Origin: Eledone cirrhosa | Lineage: Eukaryota | Reading direction: 5' to 3' | Assembly (NCBI GenBank): GCA_964016885.1 | Contig: OZ024741.1 | Span: forward strand, 168,268,001 to 168,332,000 | DNA: 64,000 bases | Notes under the pieces: generated by a model | Told to the model about the DNA's origin: nothing | Database searches by the model: none | What the model saw: the letters and a program-made list of their open reading frames with translations, nothing else | Made by a program: the position numbers and the translations under genes | In this document: in pieces, positions 1 through 13,934 of the stretch | Position numbering within the stretch: position 1 is the stretch's first letter | Layout of the letters: every line of letters begins with the position of its first letter

Positions 1-935
1 GCTTTTTGTCGTGTCACCATCACAACCACTTTACATTGTGGGCTGAGAGTTAGGGTGGGGAGGGCATTTGGGGATGAAGGTGAAGGTGGTGCATACTAGA
101 TGTATGCTTCAGCCTGTGCCCATGAGAAGTGTATGGGAAGGGAATACTATATATACGGTATATATTGCAAATGAATTAAATATTTTTATTAATATTCAAA
201 AAAATCAGATTTACATTTTTTGTATTCAGCCATGTAGAGCAATACAACTATTTATTAATTATTTGACTATGGCAAAGCCACTCATTAATCGCTTGTATAA
301 ATAAAACTTACTGGCCTATCTGCGAATATGCAAATCTGGCTGATCAGTGGGTCTGCTAATATGCAAATCAGGCTGGTCAGTTGCTGTATATTTTAGAAAA
401 TATCATATATTTTTCACTAGCTCTGACAGTTGGCAGGTAAACAATGAAGGGTAATAACCTAGAAACATTAGCGCTTGCCATTCTGTTTATATGCCAACAC
501 AAGAGCATGAATGATGGAGTCATTCTACTGACATAGATTAAGAGACTGTTTGCATAATTACAAACAAATCGAATATTATTATTAATATAAAAAAACCTCA
601 GATTTACATTTATTGTATTCAGCCATGTAGAGTGTTAAAACTATTTGTTATATATATATATATATATATATTCATATACCAGTTATGTTAGGGCTGTTTA
701 CCAATGGGTAGAACAAGTGGGTCAGGTTGATAAACGATGATGTAATAAATTAATATATATATATACATCAGGATAGAACCAGTTTTAAACAAGTTTGACT
801 ATTACTCAATAGAGTGCTCAATACTTAAGATTGTAGAGTATGGCTATATTATAAAGAGTTGGAGTCCGACAGCTGAGGTCTTTCCGTTTCAACAGCTAGT
901 TCCACACTCTTGATAATATATGTATATATGTATAT

Positions 936-1240
936 AAGACACTTTATTTCACATTGCTCCAGTTTACTCAGCTGTAGAAATGAGATGATATGACTGGGCT
1001 CCCTATCATTCCACTGCAAAGTGGTCGTGGAGGTGCCATGGCAAGAAAGCACCCAGCCCACACTGTAAAGTGAACATGTAGGCGCCACGGAAAAAAGCAC
1101 CCAGCACTCACTGTAAATGAGGTTGGTGTTAGGAAGGTCATCCAGCTGTAGAAATCAAGCCAGAATCAGTTCCCTTCCCACCCTTGCAAGCAGGGAGAAG
1201 CAGACGTGAAATGATGATGTTGATGATGATGATGATGATG
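936..1240 (+). mobile_element. CORE-type tRNA SINE with RTE-derived tail, 5'-truncated
   Basis: Matches the body and tail of the full copy at 57953-58296; ends in (ATG)n. Confidence 0.8.
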
Positions 1241-1286
<46 letters not shown>

Positions 1287-1290
<4 letters not shown>

Positions 1291-2097
1291 TCATCACCGT
1301 TTTACGTCCATTCTTCCATGCCAGCATGGGTTAGATGGGTTGTCCTGTTGTGGGCAGTGCCTAGTCGGTTGACCTTGTCTTGCTCACACGGGAACTGATT
1401 TTGGCTTGATTTTGATAGCTGGATGCCCTTCTTAACACCAACCTCATTTACAGTGAGTGCTGGGTGCTTTTTTTCTGTGGCGCCTACATGACCACATTAC
1501 AGTGTGGGCTAGTTGCTTTTTTGCCGTGGCACCTCCACGACCACTTTGCGGTGGGGGCATATTGTCTATATGCTTCATCTTCAGCTTGTACCTGTGGGAA
1601 GTCGGGTCTTCTGTATTACTGCATGATGCCAGAGGCCACTGTCCTGTGTCATCGCCTTTGAGAGATGCAATTGGGTAAGGTCGGCTTTTATCACCTCATC
1701 CCAGGTCTTCTTGGGTCTCCCCATTCCACAGCTTCCATTGACTTCTGGTGCTCTGCACCGTTTTATGCAGCTGTCATCCTTCATACGCATCACATGTCTA
1801 TACCTTCCCTCCTGTGCATAGCATTTGATTCCTCTTATGCTCAGTCTCTCTCTCAATTCGTTTATGCTTTGCCGTTCACATATATTATTATTACACATCC
1901 ATCGGAGCATCTAAGCTTTGTTTCTTTCTAATCTACGCAAGTCTTCTACGCACAACACCCAGGTCTCACTACCATGTAACATTGCTGCTCGTATGCACGC
2001 ATCATATCGTATGCCTTTCATTTTGAGTGAAAAGCCTTTTGTAGCTAACAGTGGCAGTAGCTCCCTGAACTTCTTCCATCCCTTTCTTACCCTTATC
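1287..2097 (-). mobile_element. RTE-clade LINE 3' fragment (subfamily A)
   Basis: ORF 1581-1910 MLRWMCN...GRPKKTWDEVI is RTE RT C-terminus; 3' UTR shared with the SINE tail; (CAT)n on + strand. Confidence 0.85.
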
Positions 2098-2099
2098 TA

Positions 2100-2300
2100 A
2101 AGAAGTGTGGTAATAGCTGAAGTGTACAATAAAATGATATCTGTATACATAGAGAGAAGGTAACTGAAACTGCACCAATGTGTATATAGATATATACATA
2201 TTTAATGTAGGCATGTAAATATTGGTGCAGTCTCAGTTACCCACTCTGTATCTATACAGATGTAACTTTATCGTTGACTTCAGCTGATACCACACTTCTT
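2100..2300. repeat. Imperfect inverted repeat, ~80-bp arms
   Basis: 2100-2179 is the diverged reverse complement of 2221-2300. Confidence 0.75.
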
Positions 2301-2459
2301 AATGTATATCCTAATTAATGACCAACATATATATATATATATTGAAAAGATAACAAGGACGATTGGTTACTCCTTCATTACATTTATTGGTTGGTGACGC
2401 GCGTTTCACGACTGATCAGCTCAACGTTCGATCTGTATCGATCTTACCCGACTCTGTAA

Positions 2460-3930
2460 TCCTCTTCAACAACGGAGTAGCCTGGGCAAAGAAGTCAACC
2501 ACTTCAGAACTATTCGACGTCTCCATGGGATCGTTTGACAGTGCTGACGTATGCGACTTGGTTGGCCTATTTATTTTAAAGATATTACGTGTTAGATTCC
2601 CGGACTTCCACACAGGAATATACTGCGACGATGGTCTGACTTTATCGAGCCATAAAAGTGGTCACGACCTGGACTGGTTTAAAAATGATTTAACTTTTAC
2701 TTTTAATGAGTTAGGACGTAGGATAACGGAAGCTACCAACCTCTCTAGTGTAGATTTCTTAGACATTAATATAGACCTTCGCACACATACCTTCAGACCA
2801 TTCTATAAGCCAAACGAAAAACTTAATTACATACACAAGGACTCATGCCACCCTCCTGCTGATTTTAGAAACTTCGTAAATAATATCAGTACTAGAATCT
2901 CTAAACTCTCCTCTAATAGGCTATCTTTGAGAGAGCAGCCCCATATTATAACATGGCATTAGCTAACAGCGGCTTCTTGCAACCAATTACTTACTCCCCC
3001 ACTAACAACAACAGTAATAGGAAAAGAAATCGTAAGAATAGACAAACTATCTGTTTCTCTCCTCCCTTCTCACTCAACGTTAAAACTAATGTAGGAAAAT
3101 TTTTTTAGGCCTCTTAGATAGACATTTTCCCATAGGTCACAAATACTGCACCATCTTTAACAGACACAGAGTAAAACTAGGGTACACCTGCGGTAAGAAT
3201 ATGAAGGCCCACATCAACAGTCCTAAGAGCGGCACCCCACCAGGATGCTCTTGCCGAAAGCCTGAAGCTTGTCCCCTTCTACAGCAAAGCAACACACCCG
3301 CTGTAGTTTATGAAACTGTGGGCACTTCCAACCGACCAAATCAACCACAGAAGGTCAAATCCTATGTGGGTATGGTGGAGGGCCTATTTAAGGAACGCTT
3401 CCTGAACCATCAGGCGACCTTTAGATACCCAGACAAACGATCATCCACGAAGCTTGTGAGCCACGTATGTTCCCTCAAAGACTCACGTATAGACTACTCC
3501 ATTCAATGGAAAGTTATCACTAAGTCCAAGCCATACGCAAGGAGCAATCCATCTTGTGGACTGTGTATTGAAGAAAGGATAAATATTCTAAGGAGATTAC
3601 GCAATAACGATTGCCTAAATTCAAGAAATGAAATCTTCTCACGTTGGCCTGGAAACACCTCTTGCATAACCAGAAACCTCTGGATTGAATAACAACAACA
3701 TACTAATTTTCTAATCAACTCGAACATTGGTTTCCAGAAATTCGCAGTTATCTCCCTTACACCTTTCGCCCGTGGTGTTGAATCGCTTGGGTGAAGTGAC
3801 CGTTTCTGCGCATGCACGTTCATATGGTTGTTCTTCCTGTTCCGTATAACCAGTACCAGTCCGAGCTGAAGATCTGCATAAGGAGAAACAATTGTTCTCG
3901 GTATGGTGAACTAACTGTTGTGTTATTACT
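2460..3930 (+). mobile_element. Penelope-like element (Naiad-like), 5'-truncated and frameshifted: RT + GIY-YIG + 3' HHR
   Basis: RT motifs SMGSFDSADVCDLVG and GIYCDDGL; CSC..CPL, VVY and YVGM..FKERFLNH GIY-YIG motifs in ORF 3201-3692. Confidence 0.85.
3861..3901 (+). ncRNA. Type I minimal hammerhead ribozyme
   Basis: CCGAG-CTGAAGA-TCT(gcataa)GGA-GAAA-CAATTG-TT-CTCGG; perfect 5-bp stem I, palindromic stem III. Confidence 0.85.
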
Positions 3931-3936
3931 TCTATA

Positions 3937-4276
3937 TCATCATCATCATTTCATTTTACGTCCGCTTTTTCCCTGCTTGCAAGGGTGGGACGGGAACTGA
4001 TTTTGGCTTGATTTCTACAGCTGGATGCCCTTCCTAACACCAACCTCATTTACAGTGAGTGCTGGGTACTTTTTTGCCGTGGCACCTACACGACCACTTT
4101 GCAGTGGAATGATATGGACCCCAGTCCCTATCATCTCATTTCTACAGCTGAGTAAACTGGAGCAATGTGAAATAAAGTGTCTTGCTCAAGGAAACAACAC
4201 ATCACCCGGTCTGAGAATTGAACTCACAACCTTTCGATTGCAAGGCCAATGCTCTAACCACTAAGCTATGTGCCTT
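3937..4276 (-). mobile_element. CORE-type tRNA SINE, full length
   Basis: Reverse complement of 57953-58296 with A/B-box head. Confidence 0.85.
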
Positions 4277-4385
4277 AATTTTTACATATATATATATGTA
4301 AAAATTAATCAGAAATAAAACAGCAAACACACACAGTGCAATGAAGAAATATATTAGTTTAAAGCTTGATATAGTAGGAAAAGTG

Positions 4386-4421
4386 TCTTAATGTTTTTGA
4401 CACGAGTCCTTCATCAGAAGA
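4386..4421 (-). ncRNA. Decayed minimal hammerhead
   Basis: TCTT-CTGATGA-AGGACTCGTGTCA-AAAA-CA-TT-AAGA; GAAA and stem III are mutated; same layout as 18283-18318. Confidence 0.45.
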
Positions 4422-5302
4422 TAGAATGAAAAATAAAAGATGAAATAGAAAGATAGAGAGTGAAAAGAGAAAGGAATGGGAGAATCACATGTGTATATTC
4501 AGTCAACCATTTTGGAATATATATAGTTTGTGAGGCAAAACTCAACATCTGCTTCAAATATACGAAACAAAATTATCCAGATACTTTCCAAACATCAGAC
4601 AATTGACAACTGCAATTAAAATAAACTATTTGGAGAAGATGGAGGAGAAATATTCTGTGGTGCATTCGGGGGAAAGATTCTTTAGGAACTCCCAGAGAAA
4701 TTCTTTGTACTTGTAGTAAGGGACTGGTGCTACTACTATCCATTTTCCATTCACCTCTACAGTATAAAGAATGGTTAATTTAAAGTGTGTTAAAATAAGA
4801 TCTAATATTATGGCTTAAAACTCAGGCTTTAGCTTTCATATCCTCAGGAATAATGGATACTCCATAAGGTGTATATATGCATCCTATAGATGGCTATGTC
4901 TTCCATTGATGGCCTTCACATTTAATTGACTCAATAAATCAAATACTGCAACCATCTGCACTATCAATTGCTATTTCGATTAACTTATATTCTATAAGAA
5001 TACTTAATACAATGATATCAATGGAAAACATTATCTTCAAGATAGTATGATCACACTAGCACACACACACATATATATATTGATCTGCCACCCGATCAAT
5101 CTTGCCTCAAGTGGGACAATTCCCATCTAACCTATGCTAGCATCGAAGATAGACGTTAAACGATGATGATGATGCATAAACACTCACACATATACACACA
5201 CACACATACATACACACACATATACTATTTTACCTCGTTTGGACGCCAATCAGTGATGGTGATGATGTTAGCGTGGAAGATGGACGTTAAACGATGATGA
5301 TG

Positions 5303-5366
<64 letters not shown>

Positions 5367-5470
5367 GAGATGTAATAAAATAGAAAGCTATGAAATGGAA
5401 ATAAATTATTTGTTTTCAATGTATTCGAATTGACACTAGGTTCTTTTTTCCTTTAGATAACAGAAACAAG

Positions 5471-5515
<45 letters not shown>

Positions 5516-6297
5516 CAAATGTGTAATTCTTTTATACTATTTTTTTAGAAAAAATATATTGTTGGGAAATTATTGAAAACAAATTATTTCTCGCTCCATC
5601 AATATATATAGAAAAATATTAGACATGCACACACACACATACTTATGTATGTTTACACAAGTATGCATTTATATACACACCGTTTTAATGACCTCTAATG
5701 TTGTTTGTAAATATATATATATATAAATATGAAATGGGGATAATGACACCACCATCCACATATATATATATTTTTTTTTATTGTATTGTATTTGCATATA
5801 AATGTATCATTTATGTTTAAGTTTATCACAAAAATCTTAACCTTTATTTTATATTACATTTAACCCTTTCATTAATATATTTCTCATGAACGACATTGTT
5901 TATATCTTTCAAATAATTTTTAAAATAATGTTAATGTTTTCATAATTAAGTGGTATTTGGAACATAATCTAAAATCTCTTACATGAAATTATGATGGAAG
6001 TTTTTCAATAATGGTTTCTTATATAGGCACAAGGCCAGTAATTTGGGGGAAGGGGAAAATCGATTAAATAGTTTTTCAGTAATAGAAATAGTTTTGCAAT
6101 GTAGTGCATGGTCTGTTTCAGGCAGTTCGGTATAAAAGGGTAATCTTTGACTTGGGTGAGATTGGGCTGTGTTAACAGTACTGGAGTGATTCATTGTCTG
6201 GTAGTTAAAGGATTACTCCCATCCTGCTAATCGTTATGTGATACATAGATTCTAATACAATGTATATACACTATAATAGAATGTATATGTATATATA

Positions 6298-6740
6298 TCA
6301 TCATCATCATCATCATCTTCGTTTAATGTCCATTGTCCATGCTAGCATGGGTTAGACGGGAGTTGTCCCACTTGAGTCAAGGTTGGTCGGGTGACCGTAT
6401 GTCACTCATATAGGACTGTCTGGCGGGTTTTCTACGGCTGGATGCCCTTCCTAACACCAACCACGTTTACAGTGTGGAACTGGGAACTTTTTACTGTGTT
6501 ACCTACACGGCCACATTACAGCGTGGACTGTGTGTTTTTTTCTCGTGACACCTACACGATCTCGATCTCATTATCTCATTTATTTGGACTGGGTGTTGTG
6601 GTACCAACTTTACAGAGAGAAGGTGGTGTTGGCGGGAGTGGGAGGATAGGGTAGGAGTAGTGGATTGGGGTGTTTATTTGGTTAAGAGGTGCCTACTGAC
6701 TGTAGGTTTCGCTTTGTATTTAGGCGAGGCTTGTCTTCTA
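6298..6740 (-). mobile_element. RTE LINE subfamily B, 3' UTR fragment
   Basis: Homologous to the 3' UTR at 29930-30332. Confidence 0.75.
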
Positions 6741-6751
6741 AAAATATATAT

Positions 6752-8155
6752 ATCATCATCATCATCGTTTAACGTCCATCTTCCACGCTAGCATGGGTTT
6801 GAACGGGAATTTTCCCACTTGAGGCAAGATTGGTTGTCTTGCTCGTATAGGACTGTCTGGCGGGTTTTCTACGGCTGGATGCCCTTCCTAACACCAACCA
6901 TGTTTACAGGTGTGGACTGGGAGGTTTTTACCGTGTTACCTACACGGCCACATTACAGCGTGGACTGTGTGTTTTTTTTGTGATGCCTACACGACCTCAT
7001 TTGTTTTGGACTGGATGTTCTGGTACCAACATAACTTCACATTTAAGGGGGTGGTGTGGATGGGGTGGGGGTAGTGGGACGGGGGTGTATTTTGTTAGAG
7101 GTGCCTACTGACTGTAGGTTTCGCTTTGTACTTAGGCAAGGCGGGTCTTCTGTATTACTGTGTAGCACCAAAGATCTCGGTCCAGTGACATTGTCTTGGA
7201 GAGGTGTAAGTGTGTGAGGTCGGAATTTATCAAGTCGTCCCAGGTTTTTCTGGGTCTGCCTACTCCGTGGCTACCGTCTATTTTTATCGTCCTACACTTT
7301 TTTATACAGCTGTTGTCTTTCATGCGCATCACGTGACTGTACCAACGTAGCCTTCTCTCGAGTAAACAACATCTGATCCCTCTTATTCCTAATTTCTCCC
7401 TTAGTTCGTTTATGCTTTGCCGTTCACGTATATTACTATTACACATCCAGCGGAGCATGCAAGCTTCATTCCTCTCTAGTCTGCGTATATCCTCTGCACA
7501 CAATGCCCAGGTCTCACTGCCATGTAACATTGCTGTTCGTATGCAGCATCATACAGCCTGCCTTTCATTTTTAGACAGAACCCTTTAGCGGCCAATAGTG
7601 GTATAAGCTCTCTCTCTGAACCTTTTCCATCTCGTTTTGACTCTAGCTACTGTACTTTCAGAGCACCCTCCCCCACTGCTGATTTTGTCACCCAGGTAAC
7701 GGAAGGTGTCCACTATTTCTATAGAACCATCTGTGCAATGGAATGAGCTAGTATTCTGTGGGTACTTGCTGCTACTTATTGCCCCAGAGCACCGGCCATA
7801 TATAAAATCTATATTCTTAGTTAGCTTATCTGTGATCCCACTACATCTTTTATGCACCCATACTTAGCATTTGGGACATAAAATGGAGTTTCTGCCTCCT
7901 CCTTTCCTACACACTGAGCATGGCCGTTTCCCAGATGGGACCGGTGCCCTATTTTCCTTCCTACAAACTAGAACTTTAGTCTTAGACAGGTTAATTTTAA
8001 GGCCTTTTGATTCTAGGCCATGCTTCCATGTTTGGAATTTCTTCTCTAGTTCGGCCATTGATTCAGCTATGAGCGTTAGATCATCTGCGTATAGGAGTTC
8101 CCATGGGCAGCCGGTCTTGAACTCCTCTTTTATAGCCTGAAGGGCAATAATAAAT
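6752..8155 (-). mobile_element. RTE LINE subfamily B, 3' fragment, frameshifted
   Basis: ORFs 7864-8253, 7585-7857 and 7132-7530 (LLYADDL, RRLRWY) match ORF 9737-11860. Confidence 0.9.
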
Positions 8156-8156
8156 A

Positions 8157-8193
<37 letters not shown>

Positions 8194-9189
8194 GTTATAA
8201 TACAGTGTGTATATACAGTATATATATAAAGAGAGAGAGAGAGAGAAATACACATGTTATGTCTTTGGCACAGCTGAAGGGTCCTTCTAATCCTTTGGTA
8301 GGCTTTCTAATGCTGGATGCCTTTCCTAAGACAGACTACTTTACAGAATGTACTGAGGGCATTTATCGTGTAGATCACCAACACTATGGAGGATGTAATG
8401 TTCTTGACACGACTGAAGAGTCCAACTCACTCTTCATTTGACAAGCTTTCTACAGCAGGATGATCTTCCTAGCACAAGCCACATTACATGTACTGAATAT
8501 GTTTATTGTATAGATTACCAACACTTGAGTGATTGTCATGTTGTTAAGACAACTGAAGGGAACTCTTGACCTTTCTTGGTTTCCTATTGCCAACCACTTT
8601 ACAGGTGCAATTTTGTGGCACCTGCACTAGAGAGATTGTCAGTTATTGTCTCAACTCTGGAACACTTTCTGCTCTATGGAGAGAAGGAAGATAAGTATGA
8701 TGTTATCAGTGTAATGGTATTTGACAGGGTGATGAGTAGGAAGGGATGACCTCTGATACTGCAGGGGAGGGGATACTAGCCAGTGTGTCAGGGCTTTAGA
8801 GGGATGTATACTGATAGTGAGAATAGCTACTAAGGAGTGACAATAAAGGGGTCATGAATGGGGTGTACAGCAATGGTAAATGATAGCAACTAATGAGTAC
8901 TAGTGAAGAGAAATAGCACAGGGATGGCTACTGCCTAAAGTGTCCATTGAAGTTGCCTGCCAAAATGATGAGATCTCTGTCATCAGTAAGTGAGGTTGTC
9001 TCTAAAGGTTCCTCATAGAACATATCCTTTTATTCTTTACTCACTCCTGCCCGTGGTGTATTGGTAGATGTAATTGTCATCATTTTATTTCTTACAGATA
9101 TTCTAAACTTAACAATTTTGCCACTTATTCTAACTACCTCTATTACCTTATCTATCCATTTCTCAGCTAGTAGAATGCATACATCACTT

Positions 9190-9445
9190 ACCCCATCATC
9201 ATTTCCTATCCAGAAAAGTTTGTATCTATGTTGTTTTCATGTGAGTTGTCTTGCTGAGGCACCCTTCCATCTCACCTCCTACATAGCATAGATCCACTTG
9301 ACTTCTCTCTAACAACTCCACACTTTTACCTGATTTACCTTTCAGGGTGTCAACAATGAGAGTGGCAGCCCTGAGATGTTTAACATGACAGTCATTATAT
9401 ACTTGAGTATCAGTTCTTTGTACCTGTGCAATTGCAGTCAAAGGA
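9190..9445 (-). mobile_element. Decayed RTE AP-endonuclease N-terminus
   Basis: LRAATLIVDTLKGKSGKSVELLERSQVDLC resembles the RTE APE start motif. Confidence 0.55.
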
Positions 9446-9744
9446 TTCTCTCACATATATATTCATATATATATTTATTCATATATTGTTATACTTTGGG
9501 AGGGTCATGTTGCCAATAAGGAAGTCATGGGTTTGGCATAATGGGAAGGGAGGATTTATTCATATAGATATACATATATTCTTGTATACAGAGAACAGGT
9601 CTTCTTTTCTATATATATTGTTAAAAACAAATATGGACTCAGGGACTTTGTTGTTTCAAACGATCTGTAAAGGCCTCATTAGAAAATACGGGAAGGTTCT
9701 AATATAGAGATTGAGACTATATGCATACATATATATATGTATAT

Positions 9745-10022
9745 ACAAATATGTTTATGCCCATATGTATATATATATATATGTATATACATATATGTTT
9801 ATGCCCATATGTATATATATATGTGTATATACATATATGTTTATGCCCATATGTATATATATATGTATATACATATATGTTTATGCCCATATGTATATAT
9901 ATATGTGTATATACATATATGTTTATGCCCATATGTATATATATATATATGTATATACCTATATGTTTATGCCCATATGTATATATATATATATATATGT
10001 ATATACATATATGTTTATGCCC

Positions 10023-10059
<37 letters not shown>

Positions 10060-10095
10060 TGTTTATGCCCATATGTATATATATATATATATACA
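9745..10095. repeat. Compound minisatellite: GTTTATGCCC core in variable (TA)n, 8 copies
   Basis: Core recurs every ~40-48 bp. Confidence 0.9.
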
Positions 10096-10120
10096 TATAT
10101 ACATATATATCATCATCATC

Positions 10121-11870
10121 GACAGTCTCCCCCACATCGACCCAATAGAGGGACCAGCAGTGTTAGTCGAGGGTAGTATAATAAGTAAGGCAATCAAAGA
10201 TATGAAAACGGGCAAGGCGGCTGGGCCTTCGGAAATAGTTGCCGAGATGCTGAAGGCATCTGGTACGGTGGGACACACCATGGTCACCCGGATAGTCAAC
10301 CAAGTCATACAGCATGGGGTTGTTCCGAAGGACTGGCATAGCAGCATCATCGTTAACTGTTATAAGGGTAAAGGAGACGCCCTAGATAGGAGTAACTATA
10401 GAGGCATTAAATTAATCGACCAGGTCATGAAGGTCACGGAAAAAGTAATAGCGCAACTAATCAGAGAGCGAATTGATCTAGATGAAATGCAGTTCGGGTT
10501 TGTGTCAGGAAAAGGTACCACAGACGCTCTTTTCATTGTACGACAACTACAGGAGAAGTACCTAGCTAAAAGTAAACCCCTATACTTAGCTTTCGTCGAC
10601 TTGGAGAAGGCCTTTGACAGAGTCCCCCGTTCCATTATCTGGTGGGCTCTTAGAAAACTAGGTGTTGATGAATGGCTTGTGAGAGCTATACAAGCCATGT
10701 ATAAAGAAACAGTCAGCAAGGTTAGAATTAACAACGAATATAGTGAAGAGTTTAGTGTAAAAGTTGGTGTTCATCAGGGCTCTGTTCTTAGCCCCCTACT
10801 ATTTATTATTGCCCTCCAGGCTATAACAGTGGAGTTCAAGACCGGCTGCCCATGGGAACTCCTATACGCAGATGATCTAACGCTCATAGCTGAATCAATG
10901 GCCGAGCTAGAGAAGAAATTCCAAACATGGAAGCACAGCCTAGAATCAAAAGGCCTTAAAATTAACCTGGCTAAGACTAAAGTTCTAGTTTGTAAGAAAG
11001 AAAATAAGGCGGCGGTCCCGTCCGGGAAGTGGCCATGCGCAGAGTGTAGGAAAGGCGTAGGTAGAAATTCCATTTTGTGTCCCAAATGCAAAGTTTGGGT
11101 GCATAAAAGATGTAGTGGGATCACAGGTAAGCTAACTAAGAACATAGATTTTACATGTGGCCAGTGTTCTGGGGCAATAAGTAGCAGCAAGTGCCCACAA
11201 AATACTAGCTCTTTCAACTGCGCAGAGGGTTCTATAGAAATAGTGGACAGCTTCCGTTACCTGGGTGACAAAATCAGCAGTGGGGGAGGGTGCTCTGAAA
11301 GTACAGTAGCTAGAGTCAGAACTGGGTGGAAAAAGTTCAGAGAGCTTATACCACTATTAGCCGCTAAAGGGTTCTCCTTAAAAATGAAAGGCAGGTTGTA
11401 CGATGCCTGCATACGAACAGCAATGTTACATGGCAGTGAGGCCTGGGCATTGTGTGCAGAGGATATACGCAGACTGGAGAGAAACGAAGCTTGCATGCTC
11501 CTCTGGATGTGTAATAGTAATATACGTAAACGACAAAGCATAAACGAACTAAGGAAAAAATTAGAAATAAGAGGGATCAGATGTTGTTTACTCGAGAGAA
11601 GGCTACGTTGGTATGGTCACGTGATGCGCATGAAGGACGATAGCTGTATAACAAAGTGCAGGGCAATAAAGATAGACGGTAGCCACGGAATAGGCAGACC
11701 CAGAAAAACCTGGGACGAGCTGATAAACTCCGACCTCACACACTTACACCTCACCAAGACAATGTCACTGGACCGAGACCTTTGGCGATACTCAGTAATA
11801 GAGAAGACCGCCTTACCTAAATACAAAGTAAAACCTACTACAGTCAGTAGGCATCTCTAACAAAATACAC
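10121..11870 (+). mobile_element. RTE LINE subfamily B, 5'-truncated; uninterrupted RT + PHD-like Cys domain
   Basis: [28 protein letters not shown] and CAEC...CPKC..WVHKRC; no endonuclease; the ORF N-terminus is microsatellite. Confidence 0.92.
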
Positions 11871-11978
11871 CTGTATATATATATATATACATATATATAT
11901 ATACATATATATATATACATATATATATGTATATATATATGTATATATATATATATGTATATATATAAATATGTATAT

Positions 11979-12054
<76 letters not shown>

Positions 12055-12430
12055 GTATATGTGAGCAAAGGCACTGCACAAAGCCAGTCCCACTCTCTTA
12101 ACCAAGATGATATTTACCAAAAAGAAGAACAAGTCAACATCATTGGATACCATCAGGGTTGCAGGAGTTATATCAGAGTTTTCCTTCTCCTAGAATTCTG
12201 CCTTGACAAAGGCTAAGGGGTCATCTCTCCCAGTAATTTTGGATGGCCATTGACTCTTAAGAGCTCCTTTGCCCTTTGACAGGTTTTGTTTTTAGTCCTG
12301 CAGGATGTCCAAAGTCAGCCTCCTCACCAAGAAACCTTGGTGGGGTTGCCAGTTTAGTTGCCAACGACCCGACCATGAGACAGGTTGTACTGGGATACAT
12401 GTTACCAGTAGCACCAAGTGGTGACCTGAC

Positions 12431-13078
<648 letters not shown>

Positions 13079-13177
13079 ATATAATAACTTGTGTGTTACA
13101 CCTCTATTATTTTAACTATATATACATATATATACATATATATATATACATATATATATATACATATATATATATAC

Positions 13178-13279
<102 letters not shown>

Positions 13280-13590
13280 GAGTCCTGAATTAGCCGTCGA
13301 AACGGCTTGAGCTCAGCCATCGGGGTCCTACTCGTTCCTATTACCCACTCTACTACCCTAAGTATTGAGAACTTTGGTGCGTTATGGTCCACTTGTTTCC
13401 TTACCACATTTCCTTCGTTACATATATATATAGTATTAAGGATACTATTTATGGTTATGTATATAATAAAACCTTTTATGGTTATATATATTTAAACTCT
13501 AAATAGTGAGAGACAGTAATTCATTACTATCTTATTACCACTAAGCAAATACATGATTTAAACTGAACTTTTATTCATGTAATTTCTATA

Positions 13591-13646
<56 letters not shown>

Positions 13647-13727
13647 CGTTTCTGAATTTGTTTAGCAAGATTCTTTATCTGAAAACGTGTGTTGAAACCG
13701 AAAGTACAACAATATATATATATATAT

Positions 13728-13792
<65 letters not shown>

Positions 13793-13840
13793 AATAAAAT
13801 AACAAGGACGATTGGTTACTCCTTCATTACGTTTATTGGT

Positions 13841-13927
13841 AGGTGACGCGCGTTTCGCCACTGATCAGCTCAAGGTTCAATCTGTATCGATCTGACCCGA
13901 CTCTGTAGTCCGCGGCTCATCAGACCT
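13841..13927 (-). ncRNA. Type I hammerhead with long stem II
   Basis: AGGT-CTGATGA-GCCGC...GTGGC-GAAA-CGCGCG-TC-ACCT. Confidence 0.8.
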
Positions 13928-13934
13928 CTTGTAA

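Noticed and set aside
2460-3860. Selenoprotein (TGA/SECIS) Naiad
   Set aside because: Conserved Cys positions seen are TGC/TGT and I could not identify a SECIS.
9737-11860. 707-aa ORF as a novel fusion protein
   Set aside because: The N-terminal ~125 aa is stop-free microsatellite translation joined to a 5'-truncated RTE RT.
12230-12430. HDV-like ribozyme in a possible RTE 5' UTR (minus strand)
   Set aside because: CCAGT/ACTGG and CTAA are suggestive, but P3/L3 geometry does not fit.
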